NCBI GenBank assembly: GCA_963813815.1
Contig: CAWFAD010000007.1
Span: 64,001 to 128,000 of the forward strand
Source: an uncultured bacterium
GTDB taxonomy: Bacteria > Krumholzibacteriota > Krumholzibacteriia > Krumholzibacteriales > Krumholzibacteriaceae
Length of the DNA: 64,000 nucleotides
Direction: 5' to 3'
In this document: positions 27,494-36,810 of the stretch, piece after piece
Numbering within the stretch: the stretch's first letter is position 1
Layout of the letters: each line of letters opens with the position of its first letter
Notes under the pieces: generated by a model
What the model was told of the DNA's origin: nothing
Database searches by the model: none
What the model saw: the letters and a program-made list of their open reading frames with translations, nothing else
Position numbers and translations under genes: made by a program

Positions 27494-28762
27494 GTGGCCG
27501 CGATGCTCGCTCTTCCGCGTCCGAAGAAGGTGCTTCTCCCCTCGGGGGCGAGGCTTCTCTATCAGCGCAACCCCTTTTCTCCGACGATCGCCTTCGGCGT
27601 CTGGATCGACGGGGGTTCCGGCACCGAGGAAAAGGACGAGCGCGGGCTCTCGCACCTGCTCGAGCACGTCGTGTTCCGCGGAACGGAGCATCGGGACGCG
27701 CTGAAGATCGCGTTCGAGCTCGAGTCGATCGGCGGCCAGTACGACGCCTTCACCGGGAAAGAGTCGACCTGCTACCACGCGAAGGTGCTCGAGGAGAACT
27801 TCGAGAAGCTCGTCGACGTCTTCGCCGACCTCGTTTGCCGGCCGACGATTCCCGAGAAGCTGATGATGGTCGAGAAGCGGGTCGTCCAGGAGGAGATCCG
27901 CAGCGTCAACGACACTCCCGAGGAGTTCGCGCACGAGCTCTTCTACGTCGCCCTCTTCAAAGGGCATCCGCTCGGCCACCCGGTGACGGGATATCTCAAG
28001 GACGTCGCCGGTTACCGCCGCGACGATCTCGTCTCATTCCACCGGAAGACCTACACGGCCGAGGACACGACGATCGGTTTCATCGGGAACGTCCCGGTCT
28101 CCCGCGTCGCCGCGCTCGTCGAGGAGCGGTTTCGCTTTCCGCGCCGCCGCCGCCGCGCGCGCGCCTGGCGGCTGCAGGAGAACAAGGCCGTGATCCGGTC
28201 GGCGAAACGCGGCGACTGGGCCCAGGCGCACGTGTGCATCGGGGCGAGGGGAGTGCCCGCGAAGCATTCCGACCGGCACTCGCTCGTGATCCTCTCGAAC
28301 ATTCTCGGCGGGGGAACGACCTCGCGCCTCTTCCAGAGCCTCCGCGAGCGCACGGGGCTCGTCTACGCGGCTTACACGCACGTGAGCTTCTGGAAGGAGA
28401 CCGGGGCGATCTGCAACTTTTTCTCCGTCGACTCGAGGAATCTCAAGCGCGCGCTCGATCTCTTTCACGCCGAGCTCGACGACATCAGGCGGGGAGGCGT
28501 GAGGGAGGAGGAGATCGAGAGCGCGAAGGCGCAGGTCAAGGGCGGCGTCGTCTTCGGAATCGAGAGCCCCGAGAACCGGCTGTTCCACCTGCTCCAGAGC
28601 GACATCTACCACGGGCGCTACGTGACGAGCGCCGAGCACCTGCGATCGATCGAGCGCGTGAATCGCCGCTCCGTGACCGAGGCGGCCGAGCGCTATCTCG
28701 GCGACGGCGGGCTCACCTACACGGCGTGCGGGCCGATTCCCCTCGCGGGGCTCGTTCGCTGA
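27494..28762 (+). CDS. M16 (pitrilysin-family) zinc peptidase
   Basis: Inverted zinc motif HLLEH, AFTGKE.T.Y and LGGG.TSRLFQ.LRE..GLVY. Confidence 0.9.
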   Translation: MAAMLALPRPKKVLLPSGARLLYQRNPFSPTIAFGVWIDGGSGTEEKDERGLSHLLEHVVFRGTEHRDALKIAFELESIGGQYDAFTGKESTCYHAKVLEENFEKLVDVFADLVCRPTIPEKLMMVEKRVVQEEIRSVNDTPEEFAHELFYVALFKGHPLGHPVTGYLKDVAGYRRDDLVSFHRKTYTAEDTTIGFIGNVPVSRVAALVEERFRFPRRRRRARAWRLQENKAVIRSAKRGDWAQAHVCIGARGVPAKHSDRHSLVILSNILGGGTTSRLFQSLRERTGLVYAAYTHVSFWKETGAICNFFSVDSRNLKRALDLFHAELDDIRRGGVREEEIESAKAQVKGGVVFGIESPENRLFHLLQSDIYHGRYVTSAEHLRSIERVNRRSVTEAAERYLGDGGLTYTACGPIPLAGLVR

Positions 28763-28771
28763 GGGGCGGCC

Positions 28772-29239
28772 ATGGGATCGCTCCCGAGAAACGACGAACC
28801 GGTTTCCGTGCGGATCCGCTACCTCGACAACCACCGGGGCCTTCCGGCCCTCGCGCCCATGACTGAGGGCGCGAGCGGACGGGACGTCCACGCCGCGTGC
28901 GTAGACGAGATCGTCATACAGCCCGGATCGGCCGCGCTCGTGCCGGCCGGCTTCGTCCTGTCCCTGCCGGAGGGGTACGAGGCGCAGGTCCGGCCGCGGA
29001 GCGGGCTCGCCCTGCGGCACCGGATCGGGCTCCTCAACAGCCCCGGAACGATCGACAGCGACTATCGCGGCGAGGTCGGCGTCATACTCTACAACTTCGG
29101 GGATCGGGAGTTCACCGTCCGGCGGGGGGATCGCGTCGCGCAGATCGTCTTCTCGCGGCTGCCGCTCGTCGATCTCGTCGAGGACGACACCCTCGATGAG
29201 ACGGAACGCGGCGCGGGCGGATTCGGGCATACGGGCTAA
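28772..29239 (+). CDS. dut: dUTP diphosphatase
   Basis: QVRPRSGLA, NSPGTIDSDYRGE, GDRVAQ and RGAGGFGHTG. Confidence 0.96.
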   Translation: MGSLPRNDEPVSVRIRYLDNHRGLPALAPMTEGASGRDVHAACVDEIVIQPGSAALVPAGFVLSLPEGYEAQVRPRSGLALRHRIGLLNSPGTIDSDYRGEVGVILYNFGDREFTVRRGDRVAQIVFSRLPLVDLVEDDTLDETERGAGGFGHTG

Positions 29240-29279
29240 GGGCGGACCCCCTTCCGTCCTGCCCCGCGGAGGATGCAGA

Positions 29280-30149
29280 GTGGCGGTTCGCAGGGCCGTT
29301 CTACCCCGGGTTCTCGCGTATCACAAGATCGCCTCGTTCGAGCTCGGCGGCACATGGATGCCCCTGCGGCGTTTCGCCGCCCAGATCGATTCGCTCCTCG
29401 CGGCCGGCCACCGCTTCGTCGGCGAGGAGGCGTTCCTCGAATCGCTCGAGGGTCGCCGGGAAGCGGCTTCGAACGAGATTCTCCTCACCTTCGACGACGG
29501 GTATCGCAACGTCCTCGAAGCCGCGGACGCGCTCGAGGCGCGGGGCGTCCCGGCTCTCGTCTTTCTCGTGAGCGCATACGCGGGGCTCCGGAACCGCTGG
29601 GAGCTCGATCTTCCGGGCAGGCGGTTCCGCCACCTCGCCTGGGACGAATGCGCCGCCCTCGCCCGGCGGGGGTTCGCCTTCGGCTCGCACACGCGCACGC
29701 ACCGCGACCTCACGCGGATTCCGATCGAGGAGGCGCGCGAGGAGATGCTGCGCTCGCGCGTCGAGATGGAGGACCGGCTCGGCGCGGCGGTGCGGAGCCT
29801 CTCGTACCCCTTCGGGCGGCTCGACGACGCGGTGCGCTCGGGGGCGGTCGAAGCGGGCTACCGGGCGGCGTTCACGCTCTATCCGCGGCGCGGACGCCCG
29901 GACGGCGACGCGTTCGAGCTGCGGCGCGAGGCCGTGTACGTGATCGATACGGCGGGGTGCGTGCGGCGCAAGCTCGGCTCGGGGCCGGGGGGGGCGGTCG
30001 AAGAGCTGAAGGGGAGAATGATCAACGCGGCGGCCGTTCTCACGCCGCTCGTCAAGGGCGCGCTCGCTCGAGCGAGTAGTTTTTCCCGCCGCGATCGAGG
30101 CGGTAGCTCCACCCGAGGGCCTTCGCGGAGGCGAGCGTCTTTTCGGTGA
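29280..30149 (+). CDS. polysaccharide deacetylase family (CE4/NodB) protein
   Basis: LAYHKI, LTFDDGY, GSHTRTH..L and SYPFG; GGAGG RBS before GTG 29280. Confidence 0.85.
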   Translation: MAVRRAVLPRVLAYHKIASFELGGTWMPLRRFAAQIDSLLAAGHRFVGEEAFLESLEGRREAASNEILLTFDDGYRNVLEAADALEARGVPALVFLVSAYAGLRNRWELDLPGRRFRHLAWDECAALARRGFAFGSHTRTHRDLTRIPIEEAREEMLRSRVEMEDRLGAAVRSLSYPFGRLDDAVRSGAVEAGYRAAFTLYPRRGRPDGDAFELRREAVYVIDTAGCVRRKLGSGPGGAVEELKGRMINAAAVLTPLVKGALARASSFSRRDRGGSSTRGPSRRRASFR

Positions 30150-31200
30150 GAAGTCCCTTCTCGGCCAGCGACTCGAGGCTCGGCGGATAGACGCCCGTGA
30201 GCGCGAGGTGCTCCTCGAGCTCGTCGTGTATCGTCCGCTCGAGCAGACGCTCCTTGATCCCGGAGATGCCGGGGAAGATCACTCCGGCCCGGAGCGCCGA
30301 GCCAGCGGGCGCCGTTTGGCCCCGCAGGAAACCCCATCCGGGCGGCAGCAACCGGGGCACCGCCAGCTCGCCGAGCGCGAGCGAGAGCGCGAGCGCCCCC
30401 GCGGCGGCCAGGGCGACCGGCGCGCGGTAGGACGGGGCGCGATCGAAGCTCTTTTCCTCGCCCCTCGTTTCGGCCACGGGCTCCGGCTTTTCGACCGGCG
30501 TCACCTGCAGGAGCCCCTTCTCGAGAAGCTGTTTGAGGTACTCGAGCGCGCAGAAGCGGGCTATCCGCGCCTTCGGCACGAGCCCGCCGAGCGTCATCGA
30601 GGAGGCGAGCAGCTCGTAGATCTCCTCTTCCGTCTGATCGAGCTCGGGACGTTTCCCTTCGGCCGGGACGACTCGCTTGAGGATCGTGTCGTCGGAGGGA
30701 AACAGGCGCAGGAGCTCGGGATACTCGTCGATACGGCGCATGCTCTCCATGAGCAGCCCCTCGACTTTCATCCCGCCGAAGGTGCGCACCCCCTGGAGCG
30801 TCTGGCTGCCGATGATGAACTTGTACTCGCTCTTCGGCCAGGTGAGAATCTCCTGAATCGACTCCTGAATCTGCTCGGCGAAGAGCTCGCGCAGCTCGTC
30901 CTCCGAGAATTTCTTCTCCGAGAGGAGAATGTCGGTGAGGTCCAACTTCGTCTCTTCCTGGATGCGGTCGAGCCTCGTCATCTCCTCGCCGCTGAGAAGG
31001 CCGTAGCGGACGATGTATTCCCGGAGCGGATCGGGCGCTATTCTCCGGCGATCGCGCATCGAGACGATGAGCCCTTCGCTGAAGTAGATCACGATCGTCT
31101 TCTCGCCGTCGATCGCCAGCATTCCCGTCTTTTTCTGGAGCGCGACGAGCTGCAAGATCTCGCTCAGGCCGAAGTCCTTTACGTTTCCCTCTAGCGCCAT
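30052..31200 (-). CDS. DUF4388-domain membrane protein with a pseudopilin-like C-terminus
   Basis: MALEGNVKDFGLSEILQLVALQKKTG.L..IYFSEG and LLMESMRRIDE; one TM helix, then G.YPPSLESL. Confidence 0.8.
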   Translation of the reverse strand: MALEGNVKDFGLSEILQLVALQKKTGMLAIDGEKTIVIYFSEGLIVSMRDRRRIAPDPLREYIVRYGLLSGEEMTRLDRIQEETKLDLTDILLSEKKFSEDELRELFAEQIQESIQEILTWPKSEYKFIIGSQTLQGVRTFGGMKVEGLLMESMRRIDEYPELLRLFPSDDTILKRVVPAEGKRPELDQTEEEIYELLASSMTLGGLVPKARIARFCALEYLKQLLEKGLLQVTPVEKPEPVAETRGEEKSFDRAPSYRAPVALAAAGALALSLALGELAVPRLLPPGWGFLRGQTAPAGSALRAGVIFPGISGIKERLLERTIHDELEEHLALTGVYPPSLESLAEKGLLTEKTLASAKALGWSYRLDRGGKNYSLERARP

Positions 31201-33338
31201 GACGACCCTTTCTTGATCTCGGCGAGAAAATCATCGGTCGCGACGGCCGGACCGGGCCGGCTCGGCGCGGCGGCCTTCGGCGCGGCGGCGGGGCCCTTCG
31301 CCGGGTCGCCCGCGGCGCCGCGCCGCGGCGGGGCGGGCGGCGGGTCGACGCCCCACATCGCCTCGGGCGGCGGGGCTTTTCTCGGGGGCTCGGCCGTTCT
31401 CGGCGGCGGCGCGGGGGGCTCGACGGGCTGCCTCTTGCGCGCGGGCGACGCCGAATCGGGAGAGAGCCAGAGACCGGAATGGTCTTCCCTTTTCGCCTGC
31501 GCCGGCTCGCGCTCCTGCGAGCGGGTTTCCGGGGAGAAGATGTGGTAGCTCCGCGACTCCGCCGGGCTCTTCGCGAACAGCGCGAGCGCGTACGCTCCCG
31601 CCAGCATCGCCGCGGGAAGAATCGTTTCCCACGCGGCTCCCCCGGTGTTCGTCGTGAGCGGATCCTTGAAGCACAGGCCGCGCCAGTAGAGCGCCCCAGT
31701 TGCGGCGGAGGCGGCGAAGGCGATGAGAAAACCGGCGAACGTTTTCCCGTGATACGCATGGGCCATGCCGGGGAGGAGGGCCGTGCGCCAGCGGCGCGCG
31801 CTGACGCGCGCGTCGGCCACCTTCTGGCGCCGCGATCTCAGCAGCACCTCCATGACCTTGGCGCTCGCGATCCCCTGGACGGCCTTGCAGCATTCCTTGC
31901 AGAGCGTGATATCGTGTATCGTTTCTCGGCAGCGCGAACACGACGGCAGACCGCAGTTGTCGCACCGCTCGACGCGCCGGTCCTTCGGGATTCTGCGCGC
32001 GACGATGAACGCGGCGGCGAGGGCCGGGGCGAGGAGCATCCACAGCCGGTGGAACGGAACGAGGAAGAACGGCTGGAGCATCTCGCTCAGGATCACCCGA
32101 TCTCGGGAGCTTCCCTCGGCGGCGGCGATCCGCCAGAGGTCCTTCGGCGGAAAGCCCTGCTCGTACACGACGGCGCTTCGCATCTCGAGGGCGGGGTGCG
32201 CCGCGCGGTAGGCCTCGATGCCGAGGGTGCTGGCCCGCTCCAGCCAGACGCCCGATTGGGCGAAGAGCATCTTTTTGATGTACGCCTGCCCGATGTTGTA
32301 ATGAACGACGGCGTTCGTCGAATCGAGCTCGACGGCGCTTCGGTATCCCGCCAGAGCCTTGTCGTAGTCCCCCTGCATGAAGTAGACGTTGCCGAGGTTG
32401 ACGAACGCGGGCGCGAAGCCCGGGTCTGCCGACACGGCCTCGAGGAGGTATTCGCGCGCCTCGCCGTGGAGTCCGAGCCGGTACATCATGGTGCCCACGG
32501 CGTAGTCGCGCTCGGCCCGGTACCGGTTCTCGTCGATCGCGCGGATCTCGACGAGCCGCCGGGAGCTCACGGAACGCTCGTTCACGAGCGAGAGACACCG
32601 CGCCGCCGAGCCGGGATCCGCGGCGGGAGCGAAGCGGTTCGACAGAGACGACGCGAATGAGGCGGCCGAAAGGATCGCCGCGAGCGAGAAGACGAGTATC
32701 CGCTCGCGCTTTCCGAGGAACGCCCAGAGCGCGACTATGAGGGCCGCGATGTATATTCCGAGCCCGAGCCTCAAAAAGGCGAGGGCGAGCACGGCGAGCG
32801 GAAGAATCCACGCCGCCGGCAGCTTCCGGAACCGCAGCGAGCGGTTTTCGGCGATCGTATGGTCGATGAATCCCCAGTACCGGGCGAGAAAGGACACGAG
32901 CAGCGTGAAGAGCGCGCCGGCGAGGGCGAGCGCCGCGAGGGCGCCCCAGTTGAGCGCCGCGATGCCGGCGCCGGGAAAGCCGGTAAAGGACCGCCGCAGC
33001 CCCTCGATGAAGAGCATGACGCCTTCGGGATGGCCGGAGAGGAGCTCGACTCTCGCGAGCGTGAAAAGAGGCGCGGCGTTGTCTCCCGAGAGGGCCGCCG
33101 CGAGATGGAGCTTCTCGATGGCCTCGTCCCGGCGTCCGCCGGCGAGATCCTCGAGCGCCTCGCGGTGGAGAATCTTGGAAGTGACCGGGAGCGCGGGCGC
33201 GCCCCGTTCGAACTCGTCCCGGCTGTAGTCTCTAACCTGTTCGCTTTGTATCAGTTCAATTGTTTTCGCCATGGAGTCCATGCAGAATGCGACGAGACCC
33301 CACAGGGCCAAAAAAACGATGATCACTCGACGCGTCAT
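31191..33338 (-). CDS. multi-TM tetratricopeptide-repeat protein with a Cys-rich zinc-finger-like segment and Pro-rich tail
   Basis: TPRs (AFVNLGNVYFMQGDYDKALAGYRSAVELD, VHYNIGQAY), CDNCGLPSCSRC...LCKEC and several hydrophobic helices. Confidence 0.75.
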   Translation of the reverse strand: MTRRVIIVFLALWGLVAFCMDSMAKTIELIQSEQVRDYSRDEFERGAPALPVTSKILHREALEDLAGGRRDEAIEKLHLAAALSGDNAAPLFTLARVELLSGHPEGVMLFIEGLRRSFTGFPGAGIAALNWGALAALALAGALFTLLVSFLARYWGFIDHTIAENRSLRFRKLPAAWILPLAVLALAFLRLGLGIYIAALIVALWAFLGKRERILVFSLAAILSAASFASSLSNRFAPAADPGSAARCLSLVNERSVSSRRLVEIRAIDENRYRAERDYAVGTMMYRLGLHGEAREYLLEAVSADPGFAPAFVNLGNVYFMQGDYDKALAGYRSAVELDSTNAVVHYNIGQAYIKKMLFAQSGVWLERASTLGIEAYRAAHPALEMRSAVVYEQGFPPKDLWRIAAAEGSSRDRVILSEMLQPFFLVPFHRLWMLLAPALAAAFIVARRIPKDRRVERCDNCGLPSCSRCRETIHDITLCKECCKAVQGIASAKVMEVLLRSRRQKVADARVSARRWRTALLPGMAHAYHGKTFAGFLIAFAASAATGALYWRGLCFKDPLTTNTGGAAWETILPAAMLAGAYALALFAKSPAESRSYHIFSPETRSQEREPAQAKREDHSGLWLSPDSASPARKRQPVEPPAPPPRTAEPPRKAPPPEAMWGVDPPPAPPRRGAAGDPAKGPAAAPKAAAPSRPGPAVATDDFLAEIKKGSSWR

Positions 33339-33527
33339 AACCTTTTGCCCGGTTGTTAGTTTCACTATGTCAACGGGGGCGCGGGCGCCCCGCCTTTGCC
33401 TCCGCGATGTAACCGCACGCGACAAACGGCAAGAATCGTGCCGTGGACTTTTCGCTTCGCTTTTCTATATTTACACGGTCCACGCGAGGTGGTACATACT
33501 TTCGATGCGACGATGAAGGGAGGCTCC

Positions 33528-34820
33528 ATGCAGGCGACCGAGGTGCGGGCGATAGGCGAGTTCGACGGACGGGAGGCGCTGCTCTCGGGGTGGGTGTACA
33601 ATATCCGGTCGAGCGGCAAGATCCTCTTCATATTGCTTCGGGACGGCACCGGCACGATACAGTGCGTCGTCGAGAAGGCGGCCGGCGGAAATCTCTTCGA
33701 GGAGGCCTCGCGCCTCACGCAGGAATCGTCCGTCGAGATCTCGGGGACCGTGCGCTCCGACAAGCGCGCCCCGGGCGGGTGGGAGATGCGCGTCACGGGG
33801 CTCCGGGTGATTCAGATCGCCGAAGGCTATCCGATCACCCCGAAGGAGCACGGGACCGATTTTCTCATGGACAACCGGCACCTGTGGCTCCGCAGCCAGC
33901 GGCAGCACGCCATCATGACCGTGCGCGCCGGTCTCATCCGCTTCGTGCGGGATTTCTTCGACAACCGCGGCTTTCTCTGCATCGACGCCCCCGTCTTCAC
34001 TCCGAACGCCTGCGAGGGGACGACGACCCTCTTCGAGACCGACTACTTCGGCGACAAGGCGTACCTCACGCAGAGCGGCCAGCTCTACAACGAGGCGAAC
34101 GCCGCGGCGTTCCGGAAGGTGTACTGCTTCGGACCCACCTTCCGCGCCGAAAAATCGAAAACGCGCCGCCATCTCATCGAGTTCTGGATGGTGGAGCCCG
34201 AGGTCGCCTTCGCGGGGCTCGACGACATCATCGATCTCGCCGAGGACCTCATCGTCGAGGTCGTCGGCCGCTGCCTCGAGAGCTACCGGCCGCTCCTCGC
34301 CGGGGTCCTCGAGCGCGACGTCGCGAAGCTCGAGCGCGTGCAGAAACCGTTTCCCCGCATATCGTACGACGAAGCCGCCGCGATTTTGAAGCGCAAGGGG
34401 GCCGCCTTCGAGCGCGGGAGCGACTTCGGCGGCACGGACGAGACGCTCATCTCCGAAGAGTACGACCGGCCGCTCTTCGTGCACCGGTTCCCCTCGGCGA
34501 TCAAGGCGTTCTACATGGCTCCCGATCCCGTCGATCCTTCCCTCAGCCTCTCCGTCGACCTCCTCGCCTCGGAAGGGTACGGCGAGATCATCGGCGGAGG
34601 GGAGCGCATTCACGATCTCGCGCTCCTCGAAAAGAGGATCGAGGAGCACGGTCTGCCGAAAAAGGCGTTCGAGTGGTATCTCGACCTCCGGCGCTACGGC
34701 ACGTTCCGGCACGCCGGTTTCGGGCTCGGCATCGAGCGGACCCTCTCGTACGTGTGCGGGCTTCAGCACGTGCGCGAGACCATTCCCTACCCGCGGCTCC
34801 TGAACCGGCTCTCGCCGTAG
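33528..34820 (+). CDS. asnS: asparagine--tRNA ligase
   Basis: [49 protein letters not shown] and GFGLGIER. Confidence 0.96.
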   Translation: MQATEVRAIGEFDGREALLSGWVYNIRSSGKILFILLRDGTGTIQCVVEKAAGGNLFEEASRLTQESSVEISGTVRSDKRAPGGWEMRVTGLRVIQIAEGYPITPKEHGTDFLMDNRHLWLRSQRQHAIMTVRAGLIRFVRDFFDNRGFLCIDAPVFTPNACEGTTTLFETDYFGDKAYLTQSGQLYNEANAAAFRKVYCFGPTFRAEKSKTRRHLIEFWMVEPEVAFAGLDDIIDLAEDLIVEVVGRCLESYRPLLAGVLERDVAKLERVQKPFPRISYDEAAAILKRKGAAFERGSDFGGTDETLISEEYDRPLFVHRFPSAIKAFYMAPDPVDPSLSLSVDLLASEGYGEIIGGGERIHDLALLEKRIEEHGLPKKAFEWYLDLRRYGTFRHAGFGLGIERTLSYVCGLQHVRETIPYPRLLNRLSP

Positions 34821-34958
34821 CGGGCGGGGGCGAAGATTTTGCTATGCAGGAATCGAAGCCCGGTAGTAAGGTCGGCTCCGGGGACGGGGATCCCGTGCGC
34901 GACGGCCGCGCCGGCGGCGAGGATCCCCGTGGATTCGTCGTATGAAGGAGGTAGCGGA

Positions 34959-35525
34959 ATGAAACGAGCGATATTGATTCTCCTCGTGCTCGCCTTCAGC
35001 GCGAGCGGGGCGTTGGCGCAGCCGGATTCGTCTTACGTCGGTGTATTCAGCGACGTCAACCACAGCATCTGGCGAGTCGACTATACGGCGGTGCCGCCGG
35101 CGCCGACCCTGTTTTACGCGTACATTTGGTGGCTCCCGAGCGTCCGCGGGATTACCGGCGCCGAGTTCGCCCTCACCTATCCGACGTCGATGTCGGATAT
35201 GATTATCGCGCTCACTACACTGAACCCGACGGATCTTTTCGTGATGGGCACCCTCGCCTCGGGGATCACGATCGCCTGGAACGGCAACTGCATGACGGAC
35301 TGGACCTACTCGCACCGCCTGACGTGTTATCTCTTCAGCGTGAATCCCAACCAGATCATGATCGTGGAGCACCCGACCGTCGTTCCATCCGAGTACCACG
35401 TATCGACCTGCGAGCTCGGCACCCCGATCGAGCCCGTGAAGCGCTACACGCACCTCTATCTCAACTGGGACGGCGGGATAGCGGTGGAGAACACGAGCTG
35501 GGGGGCGATCAAGAGCCTCTTTTAG
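34959..35525 (+). CDS. secreted hypothetical protein (188 aa) with C-terminal SWGAIKSLF tail
   Basis: AAGGAGGT RBS; signal peptide MKRAILILLVLAFSASGALA|Q; beta-rich body; downstream terminator hairpin. Confidence 0.85.
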   Translation: MKRAILILLVLAFSASGALAQPDSSYVGVFSDVNHSIWRVDYTAVPPAPTLFYAYIWWLPSVRGITGAEFALTYPTSMSDMIIALTTLNPTDLFVMGTLASGITIAWNGNCMTDWTYSHRLTCYLFSVNPNQIMIVEHPTVVPSEYHVSTCELGTPIEPVKRYTHLYLNWDGGIAVENTSWGAIKSLF

Positions 35526-35556
35526 GCCTCGACCACGGGAGATCGGAACCGCTTCG

Positions 35557-35590
35557 AACGGGCCGGCGTCGAGCCGGCCCGTTTCCATTC
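35557..35590 (+). terminator. stem-loop after the first secreted protein gene
   Basis: AACGGGCCGGC-gtcga-GCCGGCCCGTT (11-bp stem), weak U tract. Confidence 0.65.
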
Positions 35591-35710
35591 GCCCCATCTC
35601 GCTAGAATCGCCAACCTATTTATAAATAATAAAATACATGGCATCATGCGGCCGCCGTCCTCGATCGTTCCCGCGGGCGTCCTTAGGTAAAAGGCACCAT
35701 AATTTTTAGC

Positions 35711-35739
35711 TTGAAAAGGGCGGCGGTTGGGAGTACAAT
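35711..35739 (+). promoter_or_regulatory. sigma70-like promoter for the second secreted protein gene
   Basis: TTGAAA-17nt-TACAAT with AT-rich upstream DNA. Confidence 0.7.
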
Positions 35740-35907
35740 GGGAGCGCTTAATCGTACAAATGAGCAAGGGGCGATCTAGGGGGCGCGTTTCACTGGAGCC
35801 GCGTGCGCTTGTCGAAGGAGGTGGCCGGGGAAATAAAAAAAGCTATCGACTCTCTCGCAATCGTTTCCACAGCGATACCGGGCTCAGTCTTTACTGGAGG
35901 GGTAAGC

Positions 35908-36615
35908 ATGACCAAAATGAAAACCATGGCGCTCGCGGCCGCGCTCGTGACGCTTCTCGCGTCGGCGGCCTATTCCATATGCGAGATTCTGCCGACCGAC
36001 GGCACGTACTCGACCTACGCGGGCACCCTGCTTTCGGGGCGCGTATCGGAGGCATGGTGCACGCTCCAGCGCCCGGGAGTGCCCGGCAACACTGAAAACG
36101 CCGAATCATGGAACGGCGCCGCTCTCGGCACGCAGTGGCATGCGTGGGGAATGGCGATCGACGAGGTCGGCCCGGTCGAGACCGCGCGCTTCCTCGACGC
36201 GGGCGGCACCGGCTGGATCGACTACAATACGAACTACGACGGCGGGCTCTTCTGGCTCGCCGGATCGGGACCGTGGGGAGGCCCCGCGGAGGGATTCACC
36301 GGCTTCATCACCTACTACAACGTGAGCACGAGGGTGACGTACGTCAACAACGCGATAGTCGGGGCCACCTCGAACGTCTTCTTCACCGGCGGCTTCGACA
36401 TCTGCCCGACCTGCTCCATCGAGTACGCGATCGCGAACGCCATGCTCGTCTGGCAGACGGGTATGCTGAACCAGCCCGCGAACTATCCGGCGTTCCTGTG
36501 CGACGCGACCGCCGGCGAGTACTTCGACGCGTGCTGCATCCAGGCCAAGATCTACTGCATTCCGATCGGCACGGAGCCCTCGTCCTGGGGCGCGATCAAA
36601 TCGATGTACCGCTGA
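35908..36615 (+). CDS. secreted Cys-rich hypothetical protein (235 aa) with C-terminal SWGAIKSMYR tail
   Basis: GGAGG RBS; signal peptide MTKMKTMALAAALVTLLASAAYS; 8 Cys in the mature part; terminator downstream. Confidence 0.85.
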   Translation: MTKMKTMALAAALVTLLASAAYSICEILPTDGTYSTYAGTLLSGRVSEAWCTLQRPGVPGNTENAESWNGAALGTQWHAWGMAIDEVGPVETARFLDAGGTGWIDYNTNYDGGLFWLAGSGPWGGPAEGFTGFITYYNVSTRVTYVNNAIVGATSNVFFTGGFDICPTCSIEYAIANAMLVWQTGMLNQPANYPAFLCDATAGEYFDACCIQAKIYCIPIGTEPSSWGAIKSMYR

Positions 36616-36643
36616 GAAGGATCATTTTTCCGTTATCGCCTTC

Positions 36644-36678
36644 GAAGGGCCGGCGCGTGCGCCGGCCCTTCTCGTTTT
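36644..36678 (+). terminator. rho-independent terminator
   Basis: GAAGGGCCGGCG-cgtg-CGCCGGCCCTTC then TCGTTTT. Confidence 0.7.
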
Positions 36679-36725
36679 CCCCCCGCCGTCCGGCGCTCCG
36701 CGCGCGCCCCGGGGCCGAATCGATG

Positions 36726-36754
36726 TTGATTTGGCGCCGGTCATTTGCTAGCTT
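36726..36754 (+). promoter_or_regulatory. sigma70-like promoter (extended -10) for the TPR-uvrA genes
   Basis: TTGATT-17nt-TAGCTT with TG two bases upstream of the -10. Confidence 0.5.
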
Positions 36755-36810
36755 ACAATATCTTTTTCGTGCGCATCCGCTCCCTTGCTTCAAGGAGGAT
36801 TCTTGAGGAC

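Noticed and set aside
33368..33373. Minus-strand TTGACA upstream of the TPR gene
   Set aside because: No acceptable -10 hexamer at 16-18 nt spacing.
33376..33391. 16-mer GGGGCGCGGGCGCCCC identical to the core of the rimP leader hairpin (16806-16821)
   Set aside because: Only two copies of an all-GC, partly self-complementary word in a GC-rich window; this is plausible by chance and not enough to call a repeat family.
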